NCBI GenBank assembly: GCA_043728975.1
Contig: JAYTMA010000167.1
Location: 4,939-68,938 of the forward strand
Direction: 5' to 3'
Length of the DNA stretch: 64,000 bases
Source: a bacterium
GTDB taxonomy: Bacteria; Patescibacteriota; Minisyncoccia; Phycocordibacterales; UBA918
The stretch's first letter is position 1, and every line of letters begins with the position of its first letter. This document shows, in pieces, positions 1 to 9,461 of this stretch. Below the pieces are notes generated by a model that was not told the origin of the DNA, searched no databases, and saw only the letters and a program-made list of their open reading frames with translations. Position numbers and translations under genes: made by a program.

Positions 1-307
1 GAGGCATTAAACAGAGAAGAGGTGGAATAGTATAAGATTTACAAGTTTTTTGCATTATACTAATTTAGGCATTGCATCATACTAAAATATACTGTAAGAT
101 GTATGAGAGAGACAAAAACAAAGGGATGAAAATGAGAAAGCCAACAAAAAACGAAGTTCAGCAGTATATCGAAATTGCATTGAGAATATCCCCGCAAATG
201 ACTTTCAATGGCTTAATTCGAGTAACTGCAAAGTACTTTCATTGTAAGCAAAACGAAATTAAAGAGATCTTAAAATAATAAAGGCCGAAAGGCAAAAAAG
301 GAATATC

Positions 308-487
308 ATGAAAAACTCAATCAAGTCTCTATTGGCCCTTAGCGTTCCAGTTTTTATCCTAGTGGCCCTTTTCAACGTAACTGTACTAAGAGCATACGCT
401 AACGCTGAAAAGATGAGCATCGCCAAACTGGTACGTCAAGCGCATGAGCAAGTTATCAATCGTTCCCCGGCTGTAGTAAAAAACTAA
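308..487 (+). CDS. small membrane protein (59 aa, one TM helix)
   Basis: ATG at 308 preceded by aaaaagga RBS. Hydrophobic segment SLLALSVPVFILVALF. Below the ORF-track length cutoff. Translated by hand. Confidence 0.4.
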   Translation: MKNSIKSLLALSVPVFILVALFNVTVLRAYANAEKMSIAKLVRQAHEQVINRSPAVVKN

Positions 488-671
488 AAAAGGCTTAAGA
501 TATGCAATCTGAAAAAGAATGACACTTCTCAAATGAGAGCTTAATTATCGGATATTTAATGCGCATAAATCGAATTAAACAAGACCCTGATTTAAGCGAG
601 CGAATGAAAAACGCTCTTATAAAAGAACTTGAGAATCAAATTAACAGTATTAAAAACAGAGAGGAAACAAA

Positions 672-905
672 ATGAAAACAATTACAGTAAACGCTATTTT
701 TCTCCCGGCACTTTTAAGAAACTGTTTTGATGCTCTTGCAGAAAAGGGAGACGCTAGGCAAATTGGCCTAGTAAGAAGTCTCTTAAGCGAAATTGGAGAG
801 CGTAGCGTTTCAATCTTAGAAGAGAGCGAAGTCACTTTTGAGCAATGCGAACTTAGCGGATCATGGGCCGGATGTGTTGAGATTGCAATAACCGAAGCTG
901 CTTAA
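672..905 (+). CDS. hypothetical protein (77 aa)
   Basis: ORF with agaggaaac RBS 5 nt upstream. Same strand as neighbours. Confidence 0.5.
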   Translation: MKTITVNAIFLPALLRNCFDALAEKGDARQIGLVRSLLSEIGERSVSILEESEVTFEQCELSGSWAGCVEIAITEAA

Positions 906-968
906 GCTAAAAATGGAACGATAAACAAAGGCTAATGATTACGAATTCACTAGCGAAGGAAAGAGAGC

Positions 969-1142
969 ATGAAACAATTAGAGACCTTAAGACAATCCTG
1001 GGAAAACATTCAAAGACTTCAACAAAGTTTTTCCCACCCTAAAAAAGTTCATTTACCAAACAAACAAGAGCGGCAAAAAGATTTAGAGCAAATGCGATTG
1101 CTCCAGTTTGAAATGGCCCTTAAGCAATTGCTTAAGCTTTAA
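969..1142 (+). CDS. hypothetical small protein (57 aa)
   Basis: ATG preceded by aaggaaagagag RBS. Translated by hand. Not in the track because it is shorter than 60 aa. Confidence 0.35.
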   Translation: MKQLETLRQSWENIQRLQQSFSHPKKVHLPNKQERQKDLEQMRLLQFEMALKQLLKL

Positions 1143-1156
1143 GCAAAGGCAAAAAA

Positions 1157-1288
1157 ATGAAAAGCATAGGTATTGGTACAATTTTAGCAGTGGTGATCAG
1201 CTATAGCATAAACAAGTCGATTCTTTGGGCATTTGTTCACGGCTTTTTTGGCCTCTTCTACGTCGCTTACTGGGGGATATTTCTATGA
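1157..1288 (+). CDS. small membrane peptide (43 aa)
   Basis: Hydrophobic 43-aa ORF. Its TGA stop overlaps the ATG of the recombinase gene (ATGA at 1285-1288). Confidence 0.35.
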   Translation: MKSIGIGTILAVVISYSINKSILWAFVHGFFGLFYVAYWGIFL

Positions 1289-1839
1289 AACTTAGCGCCA
1301 GTAAATTCATTTCGCTTAAAGAAGAAAACAAGCTCTTCTCGACAATCGCAAAGAGCAAAGAGAAGAGCGCTATAGTAGACTTAATGCTTTTTCAGCTCTT
1401 AAGCTTAACCGGCCTGCGAATTTCAGAGGCCCTTAACCTGAAGTGGGCCAACATTGGCGAGGACTACTTAACGATTGTTGAGCAGAAGAATGGCACAAAA
1501 AATGGCACTGTAATCATCGGCAACAAGCTTTTGCAACTTCTGGCCCAGTTTAAAGAGCTTAATCCTTACTCTTACTCAAGTTACTTGTTTAATTCTCGAC
1601 GAGGCCAATATTCTCGAACAAATGCGCATGAGAACTTGAAAGAATGGCTTAGAATTTCTGGATTGCGCTCAGATATATCATGCCACAATTTTAGGCATAC
1701 TTATGCAACTAGATGCTTAGATTCTGGATTACCGTTAACAATTGTAAGAGATCAGCTAAGGCATTCGAGCATTTCGGTTACAAGCGTTTACTTACACTTC
1801 TCTAAAGAGAGCAAAGACAAGCTCAAAGAAAACTTTTAA
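1285..1839 (+). CDS. tyrosine recombinase, catalytic domain only (N-terminally truncated integrase-like, 184 aa)
   Basis: Box I TGLRISEALNLKW (Arg), HNFRHTYATR (HxxR), RHSSISVTSVYLH (catalytic Tyr). No N-terminal core-binding domain. The track ORF from 1225 overlaps the upstream peptide, so the start is placed at internal Met 1285, coupled by ATGA. Confidence 0.75.
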   Translation: MKLSASKFISLKEENKLFSTIAKSKEKSAIVDLMLFQLLSLTGLRISEALNLKWANIGEDYLTIVEQKNGTKNGTVIIGNKLLQLLAQFKELNPYSYSSYLFNSRRGQYSRTNAHENLKEWLRISGLRSDISCHNFRHTYATRCLDSGLPLTIVRDQLRHSSISVTSVYLHFSKESKDKLKENF

Positions 1840-1886
1840 TTCAATACTGGGCCGATTTCCCCCGGCCTTTGTTTCTCTCCTCTCAA

Positions 1887-1912
1887 GAAGGCCTCGAAAG
1901 GGGCCTTTTTTA
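1887..1912 (+). terminator. intrinsic terminator (stem aaggcctc/ggggcctt, GAAA loop, T6)
   Basis: Read directly from the sequence. A second GC hairpin GGCCG-N8-CGGCC lies at 1850-1867. Confidence 0.6.
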
Positions 1913-1949
1913 TTTCCCTGAATTATTTGCATAGGTGCAAAAATAAGTA

Positions 1950-1978
1950 TTGCACTGAGCAATGATGCACTGTATAAT
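1950..1978 (+). promoter_or_regulatory. sigma70-like promoter TTGCAC-N17-TATAAT
   Basis: TTGCAC at 1950-1955, 17-nt spacer, TATAAT at 1973-1978, upstream of the gene at 2021. Confidence 0.5.
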
Positions 1979-2020
1979 GAAAGAGAGAGAAGAGATGAAA
2001 AACAAAAACGAGGAGAAATT

Positions 2021-2647
2021 ATGAGCGCTGTTTTAAAAATGCCCCCGATGAAAGCTCATGCAATTAAAATCGAAGACTTGGAAATGGGCCGCTCTTATGC
2101 CGATGCAATTGTAGAAGAGCTTACTGATTTTGCCCTTGAACTTGGCTACTCGAAAGATCGTCTGGATGAGCTTGATTGTCGCTCTAGAGATGGATTTTCC
2201 CCTTACTCTCATAATAAGGGGGGCATTGGTGCAATTGCTTATGTAGATCAATACAATGCCGAATGCGAAGGCACTGGCTTTGATAATTGCGATGCTACTC
2301 TGAAAAAGTATGCCGATTATGATCTTGAGAGCTTTCTTGAAAAAGAAGGCGTTACTGAAATGGATTATGACAACGACGATATGAGAGAGCGTTTTGATGA
2401 ATATAGAAGAAGTGACGATGATGCTACGGTCCTCTTTGGCCTGGATATGATGCTCTTAAGTGATACTGAGCTTAACCTACGCTTTACAGTTTGCGCTAAA
2501 GATTCGCCTTATCACCGCAAGTTTGATGATTTGATCAGCATTGATATTAGCTTTAAGAGCATTGCGGGCCTTAAGCAGAAACTCGCAAGAGTACTTAAGA
2601 GACAAGACGTAAAGACTTTTTCATCTAACTTAAACGAAGCTTACTAA
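2021..2647 (+). CDS. acidic hypothetical protein (208 aa)
   Basis: Long ORF with gaggagaaatt RBS. D/E-rich. Confidence 0.6.
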   Translation: MSAVLKMPPMKAHAIKIEDLEMGRSYADAIVEELTDFALELGYSKDRLDELDCRSRDGFSPYSHNKGGIGAIAYVDQYNAECEGTGFDNCDATLKKYADYDLESFLEKEGVTEMDYDNDDMRERFDEYRRSDDDATVLFGLDMMLLSDTELNLRFTVCAKDSPYHRKFDDLISIDISFKSIAGLKQKLARVLKRQDVKTFSSNLNEAY

Positions 2648-2657
2648 GGAAAATAAT

Positions 2658-3053
2658 ATGAAAGTATTAAAATTTGAAGGTGCTGGATGGTCTAAGGCTG
2701 AAAGTAACGGAGTTGGTAACTGTAGAATCCGTACTACGTTTATAAATGATAGAGGGGTAACTATTTATCTAGAGCTAACCGGACATGCTAGTCATGCTCA
2801 TTCGGTCACTTCTATGAAACGTTTTGATTTTCCTTGGCATATTTCGCACCTTCATAAGGTAGACACTACTACAGGAAAACGTGACGAGTCTGAATTTGCT
2901 CCTACCTTTGGAGACACTTGGAAAATTACTAAAGAGTATACCCAAAAAAATATCTTAGAGCTCGTAAATAGAAACTTAGATAGCTCTTTCGATTCTATGG
3001 AAGTTATCAATGAAGGATGGAACGGTTTTGATGTTAACGGAAAGGGTAATTAA
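2658..3053 (+). CDS. hypothetical protein (131 aa)
   Basis: ORF with taaggaaaataat RBS. Confidence 0.55.
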   Translation: MKVLKFEGAGWSKAESNGVGNCRIRTTFINDRGVTIYLELTGHASHAHSVTSMKRFDFPWHISHLHKVDTTTGKRDESEFAPTFGDTWKITKEYTQKNILELVNRNLDSSFDSMEVINEGWNGFDVNGKGN

Positions 3054-3054
3054 T

Positions 3055-3471
3055 ATGAAAATTATAAAGCACGTTAACCGCTGGACTATCGAACTAGACA
3101 ACGGCAAACACTTAGGCCGCTTTAAAACTAAGCGCGAAGCTTTGGCCCAGTTAAATATTGAACTTGTCGAGTCTCTCTTAACTCCCGAGCAAAAAGAGAT
3201 TCGAGACTTGAAAGAAGAACTTGCAGAGGCCCTTAAGAGCATTTCAAAACTGGAACAAGACTTAGAAGAGAGCGAAATTGAAGTAAGAGCTTTGGAGGAT
3301 AAAGTTAGCGACCTAGAAGGCGAGCGCAATATTACAGACGAGGAAGAAGAGGTGATTTACTTAGTTGATGCTCTGAAAATTGCACAAGAGCGTTTTAACC
3401 TGGGCGTAGTTTCCGAAGCTGATACGATTCGAGAACTTCACGAAAAACTCGTTGAGCTAAAAGTGTCTTAA
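3055..3471 (+). CDS. coiled-coil hypothetical protein (138 aa)
   Basis: Start moved from the track's 3010 to ATG 3055 (TAATATG overlap with the upstream stop). Heptad-like E/K/L-rich sequence. Confidence 0.5.
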   Translation: MKIIKHVNRWTIELDNGKHLGRFKTKREALAQLNIELVESLLTPEQKEIRDLKEELAEALKSISKLEQDLEESEIEVRALEDKVSDLEGERNITDEEEEVIYLVDALKIAQERFNLGVVSEADTIRELHEKLVELKVS

Positions 3472-3503
3472 GAGCGAATTGGAACTTAAACAAAGGTAAT
3501 GAA

Positions 3504-3725
3504 ATGAATCTAAAAATCTTTTTAAATGGCGACGGCATGACTAATGTTCACCCTAGAAGAGATACCGTTAACAATGGAAAATATTACACTTGCGAAATGT
3601 CTCAAGATGATTTTGAAGCGTACTTAATCGAAAACGATCTAGAGGTAGTATCATTCGATGTAATAGCAGATAAAGAAGACGGCTATGTGTACGGCTACTT
3701 AAAAAACTCTCAAGAGGTAGCGTAA
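3504..3725 (+). CDS. hypothetical protein (73 aa)
   Basis: ORF with caaaggtaatgaa RBS. Confidence 0.5.
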   Translation: MNLKIFLNGDGMTNVHPRRDTVNNGKYYTCEMSQDDFEAYLIENDLEVVSFDVIADKEDGYVYGYLKNSQEVA

Positions 3726-4084
3726 TGAAATTCATACAAGAAACATTCACATTCCAGGGTATGCGCAAGCCTCAAAGCTTTGTGATTTACCCTTGCAAAG
3801 CTACTGACAACGAAGTGAAGCTCCAATCTGACAACCGCATAATGCGCGTAGATTTAAGCCTTGGAAAAGCTCTCTTAAGCGCAAATAAGAGCGGAGGAGC
3901 TTACTTTCATGATCTAAGCCTACATAGAGGGGCCAAGCTTATCGACATACCTGGCCCAGATTTAGAGCGTATTAAAAGCATGAGAGATCGAATGGCAGGA
4001 GTAGCTCCGAACAAAGATGGGACAATTACCATCCTGGACAAGACTGAAGAAGAAGCTACTGACGATTACAACGTGGGGGAATAG
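3725..4084 (+). CDS. hypothetical protein (119 aa)
   Basis: ATGA-coupled to the upstream gene. Confidence 0.5.
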   Translation: MKFIQETFTFQGMRKPQSFVIYPCKATDNEVKLQSDNRIMRVDLSLGKALLSANKSGGAYFHDLSLHRGAKLIDIPGPDLERIKSMRDRMAGVAPNKDGTITILDKTEEEATDDYNVGE

Positions 4085-4088
4085 GAAA

Positions 4089-4337
4089 ATGAATACATCT
4101 AAAGAAATTGATTACTCTAAAGACGACGATTTAGTTTTTAAAATGGCCGACGAAGTTCAGAGTATTTTAGATAATCACAAGTACCATATTGAGCTAATGA
4201 TTAACGAGGTACTTAAAGGGCTTAATATAGATAAAGACACAGAATTAAGAAGAGACTGGGACGGAGTATCCTCTGCCGAGTACATGGTTCAGAAAATGAT
4301 TGGCGAAGTTTTAGCCAATGGAAAACCAAAACGCTAA
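4089..4337 (+). CDS. hypothetical protein (82 aa)
   Basis: Start set at ATG 4089, preceded by gggggaatagga. The track's longer ORF overlaps the upstream gene. Confidence 0.45.
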   Translation: MNTSKEIDYSKDDDLVFKMADEVQSILDNHKYHIELMINEVLKGLNIDKDTELRRDWDGVSSAEYMVQKMIGEVLANGKPKR

Positions 4338-4460
4338 TAGGCCCTTAAGGCCAAAACCGAAATAAACACTTTGCTATGATGGCAATTTCAAAACAAGGAA
4401 GTTCTTATTTAAGAATTTCGTTGTACTATGTACAAAGAAGCAATTTAAAGGACTAAGTTA

Positions 4461-4712
4461 ATGCAAGAGTTTCCGAACCTGATTTACATAAACTCATATC
4501 AAACCGTGGCCAACGCCATTGAACAAGTTGAGAACTGCAAAACGCTGCTTAAGCTTAAAACGATAAGCTTAGGCATAAGTGAAGATAAAAAAGAAATGGG
4601 CCAAGCTGTAGTAGCTCATGCAAAGAGACTCGGATACAAGGTTTCTTTAGATATAAACAGAGCTGGAGCAAGATTTGTTAAGCTAGAGTTAACTTTAAAA
4701 AGAGGCCCTTAA
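4461..4712 (+). CDS. hypothetical protein (83 aa)
   Basis: ORF with aaaggactaagtta RBS. Confidence 0.5.
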   Translation: MQEFPNLIYINSYQTVANAIEQVENCKTLLKLKTISLGISEDKKEMGQAVVAHAKRLGYKVSLDINRAGARFVKLELTLKRGP

Positions 4713-4757
4713 GAGAATATTGAAATGCAATTCAAAGACTAATGAGGGGAGAATTAT

Positions 4758-5051
4758 ATGAGCAACACTGGAACACTTCACGGCTATACAATTTTCGAAG
4801 TTCTTAAGCTTGGCGGGCTAATTGTAGCTCACCACGAAGACTCTGGAATGATAGTTACTATCAATGAAGTGGTATTCAGCTATTGGATAAGCTTAGGTAA
4901 TGGTCGATTTGTAGGAGGCAACTCTTGCATACCATCAACAGTAGAGAAAGCAGGGGATTGTACGGATATTCGATTAGTAGTAGAAGTTGGGCAAGAATGG
5001 ATTGGCGAGTTGTTAGAAGAAGATGGTAGAGATGAGCCTACAAATGCTTAA
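4758..5051 (+). CDS. hypothetical protein (97 aa)
   Basis: ORF with tgaggggagaa RBS. Confidence 0.5.
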   Translation: MSNTGTLHGYTIFEVLKLGGLIVAHHEDSGMIVTINEVVFSYWISLGNGRFVGGNSCIPSTVEKAGDCTDIRLVVEVGQEWIGELLEEDGRDEPTNA

Positions 5052-5148
5052 GTTAGAAGCTATTGATTTGTATAAGAAATTTTACAATCTATAACGAATA
5101 ACATTTGTTTAACCTAAAGCTATTCATAAGGTGTTGAATTGTCTTTAT

Positions 5149-5177
5149 TTGTGCATCGAGTTAATGTATACTATAAT
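5149..5177 (+). promoter_or_regulatory. sigma70-like promoter TTGTGC-N17-TATAAT
   Basis: Sits in the 180-bp AT-rich intergenic region 5052-5230. Perfect -10 at 5172-5177. Confidence 0.5.
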
Positions 5178-5230
5178 AGACCTCTACGAAATATCAAGAT
5201 TACTTTAGACATAACAAAGGGAAAAAGATA

Positions 5231-5578
5231 ATGGCTAATGCAAAACGAGGAAAAAAAGGTTCAGTTGAAATTGACAGACTTATCGCTGAAGTTGATAAGC
5301 TTAATGCTGGGGGATTATCAATAAACAAGGCTTGTGCGAAGATTGGACTCCAACCCACAGTGTACTACTTCAGAAAGCGCAAAGACGAAGCTCTAGCTAA
5401 TGCTAAAGAGGTACTGCCTAGCAATTACAGTAGTAATAACGCCAAGAGCCTTAGCACTACTGAGCTGCACGATCACAAGGATTTTGACGCTCTTAAAAAA
5501 GAAGCTAGAGAGCTGGAAATGCGTTTGAACTCAATCAAACTAGCACTCGCTAACAAAATGCTATCTAAAGAACTATAG
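5231..5578 (+). CDS. hypothetical protein, possible HTH DNA-binding (115 aa)
   Basis: ORF with aaagggaaaaagataATG RBS. INKACAKIGLQPTVYYFRK is a helix-turn-helix-like stretch. Confidence 0.5.
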   Translation: MANAKRGKKGSVEIDRLIAEVDKLNAGGLSINKACAKIGLQPTVYYFRKRKDEALANAKEVLPSNYSSNNAKSLSTTELHDHKDFDALKKEARELEMRLNSIKLALANKMLSKEL

Positions 5579-5599
5579 TTTTTAACGCAAGACATAAAG

Positions 5600-5627
5600 A
5601 AGGCTCCTAGAAAGGGGCTTTTTTTAT
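5600..5627 (+). terminator. intrinsic terminator (9-bp stem with 2 GU pairs, AGAA loop, T6-7)
   Basis: aaggctcct-agaa-aggggctt followed by ttttttt. Confidence 0.5.
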
Positions 5628-5644
5628 GCCCAAAAAGGAACAAC

Positions 5645-5794
5645 ATGATCATCTTTATAGTTATGAACATAGATATTCCAGTGCGAGCTTTCACTCGTAA
5701 AGCTAATGCAGATGCTTTTTTAGCAGAGCTAAATGCTGATGATTCAATGAAAATGCACAAATATTCAATTCAAGAAGTAGATTTGCAGTTTTAG
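5645..5794 (+). CDS. hypothetical small protein (49 aa)
   Basis: Translated by hand. aaaaaggaacaac RBS. Confidence 0.3.
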   Translation: MIIFIVMNIDIPVRAFTRKANADAFLAELNADDSMKMHKYSIQEVDLQF

Positions 5795-5876
5795 GACTTG
5801 TATTAATACTACTGCAATGGTACACTAAGTCTAAGAACAGAAGGTCAATGAAGATCTTCTCCTCGAAGGCTTTAAG

Positions 5877-6071
5877 ATGAAGCTCCTCAATTTCCCTGAA
5901 GTAACCCCTTTATCTACAAACGACATTCTCCTAGGCCAAGCTCGAGCCTTTCTAATCCTTTCAAACTCCTTTGAGGCTCAAGGCAACTCTAGACTTGCTT
6001 ACTACTACCTTTGCCAAGCCAAAGATGTTTTAAACCTCGCTGGGAGCTTTGTAAATGAACAAGCCGCTTAA
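5877..6071 (+). CDS. hypothetical protein (64 aa)
   Basis: ORF with gaaggc RBS. Confidence 0.4.
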   Translation: MKLLNFPEVTPLSTNDILLGQARAFLILSNSFEAQGNSRLAYYYLCQAKDVLNLAGSFVNEQAA

Positions 6072-6345
6072 TGTCCAGGAAGCTCTTGAAAAGCTTACTC
6101 CAGTTATAAACGGACGGGGAGTAGATGTTGCGGACCCATACGGAAGTTATAAAGCTAATAGAGTGATTGATTGCAGCTTGCCCAAGGAACTAGAAGCTTT
6201 TCTCTACGGATGGCTTGATAAAAACATGGGCAATCAGCTTGTTGTTAACTACATGTGCGATAGGGAATTTACAGACGAACAAAAAAAGAAATGGGCCGAG
6301 CTGGTAGAGCTATACTATTCGCCCTTAATGGAAGCACTAGGTTAG
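6055..6345 (+). CDS. hypothetical protein (96 aa)
   Basis: ORF overlapping the upstream gene end by 17 nt. Confidence 0.45.
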   Translation: MNKPLNVQEALEKLTPVINGRGVDVADPYGSYKANRVIDCSLPKELEAFLYGWLDKNMGNQLVVNYMCDREFTDEQKKKWAELVELYYSPLMEALG

Positions 6346-6464
6346 CTATGCAAACTGAGTTGTGCAGAGTTATACACTTTAATATTGCGCTGCGCTACGG
6401 TTAGTGTTAAGATTGGAATAAGGAAGCAGCTTCAGGAAGAAGCAGCAACAAAAGGAACTTACGG

Positions 6465-6950
6465 ATGAGATTTGCACTACTTGGCGCTGAATTGCTCAAA
6501 CAGGACGTTTACAGCAACTACAGTCGCACTTGTAACTTAAGGAACGACTTAATCAAGGAAGGATTTGGGTTCGTTGGGGTGCAAAACGTAGCAGGGGCTA
6601 GAATTTCACAGATGTTCCTAGTGACTGGAATCACTGATGAAAACGAAGCCAAAGTCATTGCCATTGCCAAGAATTATGGGCAGAAGGCACTTTTGATCTC
6701 GAATATAGTGGGCAACATGGAAGTTGTGCTAACCGATGAAAATAAGTCCAAGGGACGGACTTTACTAGGAAAGCTAAAATCAGTCGATAAAGCCTCTGCA
6801 TCTTTGGCCCAGTTTTACATCATATTCGATGAGAATGGTCAACGTTACTACTACACAACGTCTTCTACTACTAACAGAAAGGAACAACGTGGAAAAGCAA
6901 ACAGCTCTAATGCAAGAATTCAAAGATCTGATCAAACTGGCACTCTCTGA
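6465..6950 (+). CDS. hypothetical protein (161 aa)
   Basis: ORF with aaaaggaactt RBS. The C-terminal 40 aa are low-complexity and overlap the next gene. Confidence 0.45.
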   Translation: MRFALLGAELLKQDVYSNYSRTCNLRNDLIKEGFGFVGVQNVAGARISQMFLVTGITDENEAKVIAIAKNYGQKALLISNIVGNMEVVLTDENKSKGRTLLGKLKSVDKASASLAQFYIIFDENGQRYYYTTSSTTNRKEQRGKANSSNARIQRSDQTGTL

Positions 6951-7062
6951 AGCCCAAGAAGCGTTTGCGAAGAACGACATGGAAACTGCACAGTTCTTCC
7001 ATGAAGAAGCTCTTGAGCTAATCTCCCTGTTCGAAGAGCAGGGGGGAATTTTCCTGCAATGA
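6889..7062 (+). CDS. hypothetical small protein (about 57 aa, GTG start)
   Basis: aaagga RBS 5 nt before GTG 6889. Alternative ATG at 6910. The track ORF starts at 6829. Confidence 0.3.
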   Translation: MEKQTALMQEFKDLIKLALSEAQEAFAKNDMETAQFFHEEALELISLFEEQGGIFLQ

Positions 7063-7122
7063 GTCCCTTAAAAAACTTACTACTAGCTGCAATCATGACG
7101 ATTGCACTGTTAACGCTTAAAC

Positions 7123-7644
7123 ATGGATGTTTTATTTATGGCTACACTTATTGATAAAATCAACACCTTCGAGAATCTTCCCCAGCAAACTGTAGAGAAC
7201 TTCAATTCTATTTTCCCCCAAACTCCTATCCTCTTCGGCAAAAACTCCGATGAAGTGGAGATTGGGAAAATCCTTGGCCCAGTTAATATGCGTGAGCTTC
7301 GAGTCGGGGAAGAAATTACCAAGCATTTGTTTAGTATTGTAACAACCACAACAGTCACAAGCGCCAATAAATCCGGCGAGTATGATGTTAACGGCACTCT
7401 AAGAAACAATGTAATGGAAGAAAAAGAAATGGAGCTGGACCCTTTTGAGTACAAGCTGTTGCAGTACTTTCGAGGAAGTCCTTCAACGTTCCACACTCAA
7501 AAAGAGATAGCCGAGAAGCTTAAGATCTCTCTGCGAAATGTCCAAAGCATTATTAAGCGCATGAAAGAGCGTGGATTAGTTTCTGCCGAACACTTAGTTA
7601 GCATTCACAAAATGGAAATCGTGGTTAACGAGGAATGGCTTTAA
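7123..7644 (+). CDS. winged-helix DNA-binding protein (173 aa)
   Basis: C-terminal EIAEKLKISLRNVQSIIKRMKERGLV is HTH-like. Confidence 0.5.
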   Translation: MDVLFMATLIDKINTFENLPQQTVENFNSIFPQTPILFGKNSDEVEIGKILGPVNMRELRVGEEITKHLFSIVTTTTVTSANKSGEYDVNGTLRNNVMEEKEMELDPFEYKLLQYFRGSPSTFHTQKEIAEKLKISLRNVQSIIKRMKERGLVSAEHLVSIHKMEIVVNEEWL

Positions 7645-7901
7645 TGAGCGAGCAAGAAATGAAACTGGGCCGAACACTAGGCTCTTCAGCGCTCTTCATT
7701 TACCAAGCGCTTAAATTTGCCCCAGAATCTACTCTGAGCGAGCTTGAGCTTGAGACTCGAATCAACATGAAAACAGTTCGTAAGCACCTAAAGAGCTTAA
7801 TGGAATGTAACGTGGTTATAAAGCGCGAAGTTCTTGGCACTTACAACGAGAGCTTTGCTTTTAGAAGTAACGATGATCATAATTCTTGGAAGCTGCATTA
7901 A
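7635..7901 (+). CDS. MarR-like winged-helix protein (88 aa)
   Basis: IYQALKFAPESTLSELELETRINMKTVRKHLKSLMECNVV has a wHTH pattern. Confidence 0.45.
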   Translation: MALMSEQEMKLGRTLGSSALFIYQALKFAPESTLSELELETRINMKTVRKHLKSLMECNVVIKREVLGTYNESFAFRSNDDHNSWKLH

Positions 7902-7917
7902 TTAATGCAAAAAGTTG

Positions 7918-7946
7918 TTGCACTGTATTAATATAGGTGCTAATAT
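7918..7946 (+). promoter_or_regulatory. conserved phage promoter element TTGCAC-N17-TAATAT
   Basis: TTGCAC at 7918-7923, TAATAT at 7941-7946, followed by GATCCAAGG. A near-identical 38-nt element recurs at 11591, 20836 and 43341. Confidence 0.55.
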
Positions 7947-7996
7947 GATCCAAGGGCAGAAAGATTCTTCCCGCAAAATTACAAGAGGTAATAAAA

Positions 7997-8221
7997 ATGG
8001 AACAAATCATCAAATACAAGAACCGCAAGTTCTACTCACGTTCACTCAATGCCACTGTTACCCTCACCGACATTCGCGATCTTATCAAAGAGGGCAAGTC
8101 TGTTCAAGTAACTGAACATGCAACTGGAACAGACATCACGGCTGAAACACTTGCGCTTGTACTTACGATCTCGGGGAATGTACCAGTTTCTACATTGCAA
8201 TCGCTAATTTTAAACGCATAA
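7997..8221 (+). CDS. hypothetical protein (74 aa)
   Basis: ORF with caagaggtaataaaa RBS, downstream of the promoter. Confidence 0.5.
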   Translation: MEQIIKYKNRKFYSRSLNATVTLTDIRDLIKEGKSVQVTEHATGTDITAETLALVLTISGNVPVSTLQSLILNA

Positions 8222-8264
8222 ACAATTTTACCCTTGAGCAAGATGCTCGAAAAGGAAGTTCAGG

Positions 8265-9461
8265 ATGAACATTAAGCAAACTTATCTCGCTCTCGACGCT
8301 TGTTTCGCAGCTAACCTCACTCCGCACTTGATTGGCCTTCACGGCATTGGTAAATCAGCAATCATTTATCAATATGCCGCTACTCGAGGTGCTGAAGTAA
8401 TTGAGGTGCGCGTTGGTCAAATGGCCGACGCTGGAGACTTGGTAGGACTTCAAGAGTTCGTTAAGTGTGAACTTACTGGCAAACCACATTCTACTCGCCA
8501 CATTCTACCTGATTGGATCATGAAACTCGTTGATGCGATCAAGCTCGGCAAGAAATTCATCCTCTTCTTTGATGAGCTTAACCGTGGACATAAGGATTTG
8601 CTCCAGGCTATTTTCGAAATCGTTTACGACATGTCTCTTAAAGGTGTGAAGTTCGCTAAAGACTTCGTAAACGTTGTAGCAGCTTCAAATCCTCCAACAG
8701 ATGATTACGCTGTTCTTGACTTCAGCGATAGCGCTTTTTCTGACCGCTTTGTTCATATCAAAATTGAGCCTTCAGTTCAAGAATGGCTTGACTACGGAAG
8801 AGCTGGGAACATTGAAAACAGTGTTACAGACTTCATCTCTGAATACGTGCCAATGCTTGAAAACTCTTCGCTCCAGTCTTTTGATCTTAAGTTTGTTAAA
8901 CCTTCACGCCGCTCTTGGGACCGAGTATCTAAGATTCTCAGAGTTAAAGCAGACAAGGAAATTGAGCTTGAGCTTATCATGGGAATAGTAGGACTTGAAC
9001 CAGCAATGGCATTTCAAAAGTTCCGCGACACTTATTTCAAGTCTCTTAAAGCTGATGAAGTTCTTAACAGCTATAAGAAAGTGAAGAAAGACATTATTAG
9101 CGCTGTCGAGAAAGGCCGCACAGATATGCTCGGGACTTTGAATGAAGAACTGGGCCAGATGTTCAAAGGCATGACCGGCTTAACCGCTGCTCAAGCTGAT
9201 AACCTCGCTGACTTAGTTCACGACTTGCCGATTGAACATGCTTATGCGCTTGCAATCATCATCAAGGAAAACCCGAACTGCACAATGTCTGTAACAGGAC
9301 TTACGAAAGCTAAGCTCGTTGAAGGCACTGACGGCAAACTCGGAATGTTCCAGCATAAGAAGTTCGTTGACAGAGTTCTCTCAGCCCAGATTAAGCGAGA
9401 AGAAATGAAGAAAGAAAATAATATTGAAGCTAAAGCATCTCCAACATCTGTTCCATTTTAA
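8265..9461 (+). CDS. AAA+ ATPase, MoxR/AAA_5-like (398 aa)
   Basis: Walker A GLHGIGKS. Walker B ILFFDELNR. Adjacent VWA-domain partner gene. Confidence 0.8.
   Translation: MNIKQTYLALDACFAANLTPHLIGLHGIGKSAIIYQYAATRGAEVIEVRVGQMADAGDLVGLQEFVKCELTGKPHSTRHILPDWIMKLVDAIKLGKKFILFFDELNRGHKDLLQAIFEIVYDMSLKGVKFAKDFVNVVAASNPPTDDYAVLDFSDSAFSDRFVHIKIEPSVQEWLDYGRAGNIENSVTDFISEYVPMLENSSLQSFDLKFVKPSRRSWDRVSKILRVKADKEIELELIMGIVGLEPAMAFQKFRDTYFKSLKADEVLNSYKKVKKDIISAVEKGRTDMLGTLNEELGQMFKGMTGLTAAQADNLADLVHDLPIEHAYALAIIIKENPNCTMSVTGLTKAKLVEGTDGKLGMFQHKKFVDRVLSAQIKREEMKKENNIEAKASPTSVPF

Noticed and set aside
72-278. 68-aa ORF at the window start (TTG-initiated in the track)
   Set aside because: The start codon is ambiguous (TTG 72, ATG 100 or ATG 127). 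It overlaps a possible promoter and has no recognisable motif. It is not listed as a feature, and truncation by the window edge is possible.
3010-3471. Longer track starts overlapping upstream genes (3010, 4017, 10802, 13618, 15419, 17246, 17472, 22371, 22885, 28789, 29621, 29752, 41215, 43341, 44572, 44882)
   Set aside because: Internal Met codons with an RBS and stop/start overlap (ATGA/TAATG) give non-overlapping, better-supported starts, so the shorter coordinates are used.
4338-4360. GGCCCTTAAGGCC palindrome as a terminator after the gene at 4089
   Set aside because: It has only a 4-bp GC stem and no downstream T-tract. More likely a chance palindrome or a restriction-type site.
8701-8988. 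Track ORFs nested inside larger genes (for example 8701..8988 and 8792..8980 inside the AAA+ gene, 16177..16563 inside the nuclease, 46699..47277, 54709..55083 and 55733..56119 inside structural genes)
   Set aside because: They lie in alternative frames or antisense to long, motif-supported CDSs, have no RBS, and show low-complexity translations. They are treated as spurious.
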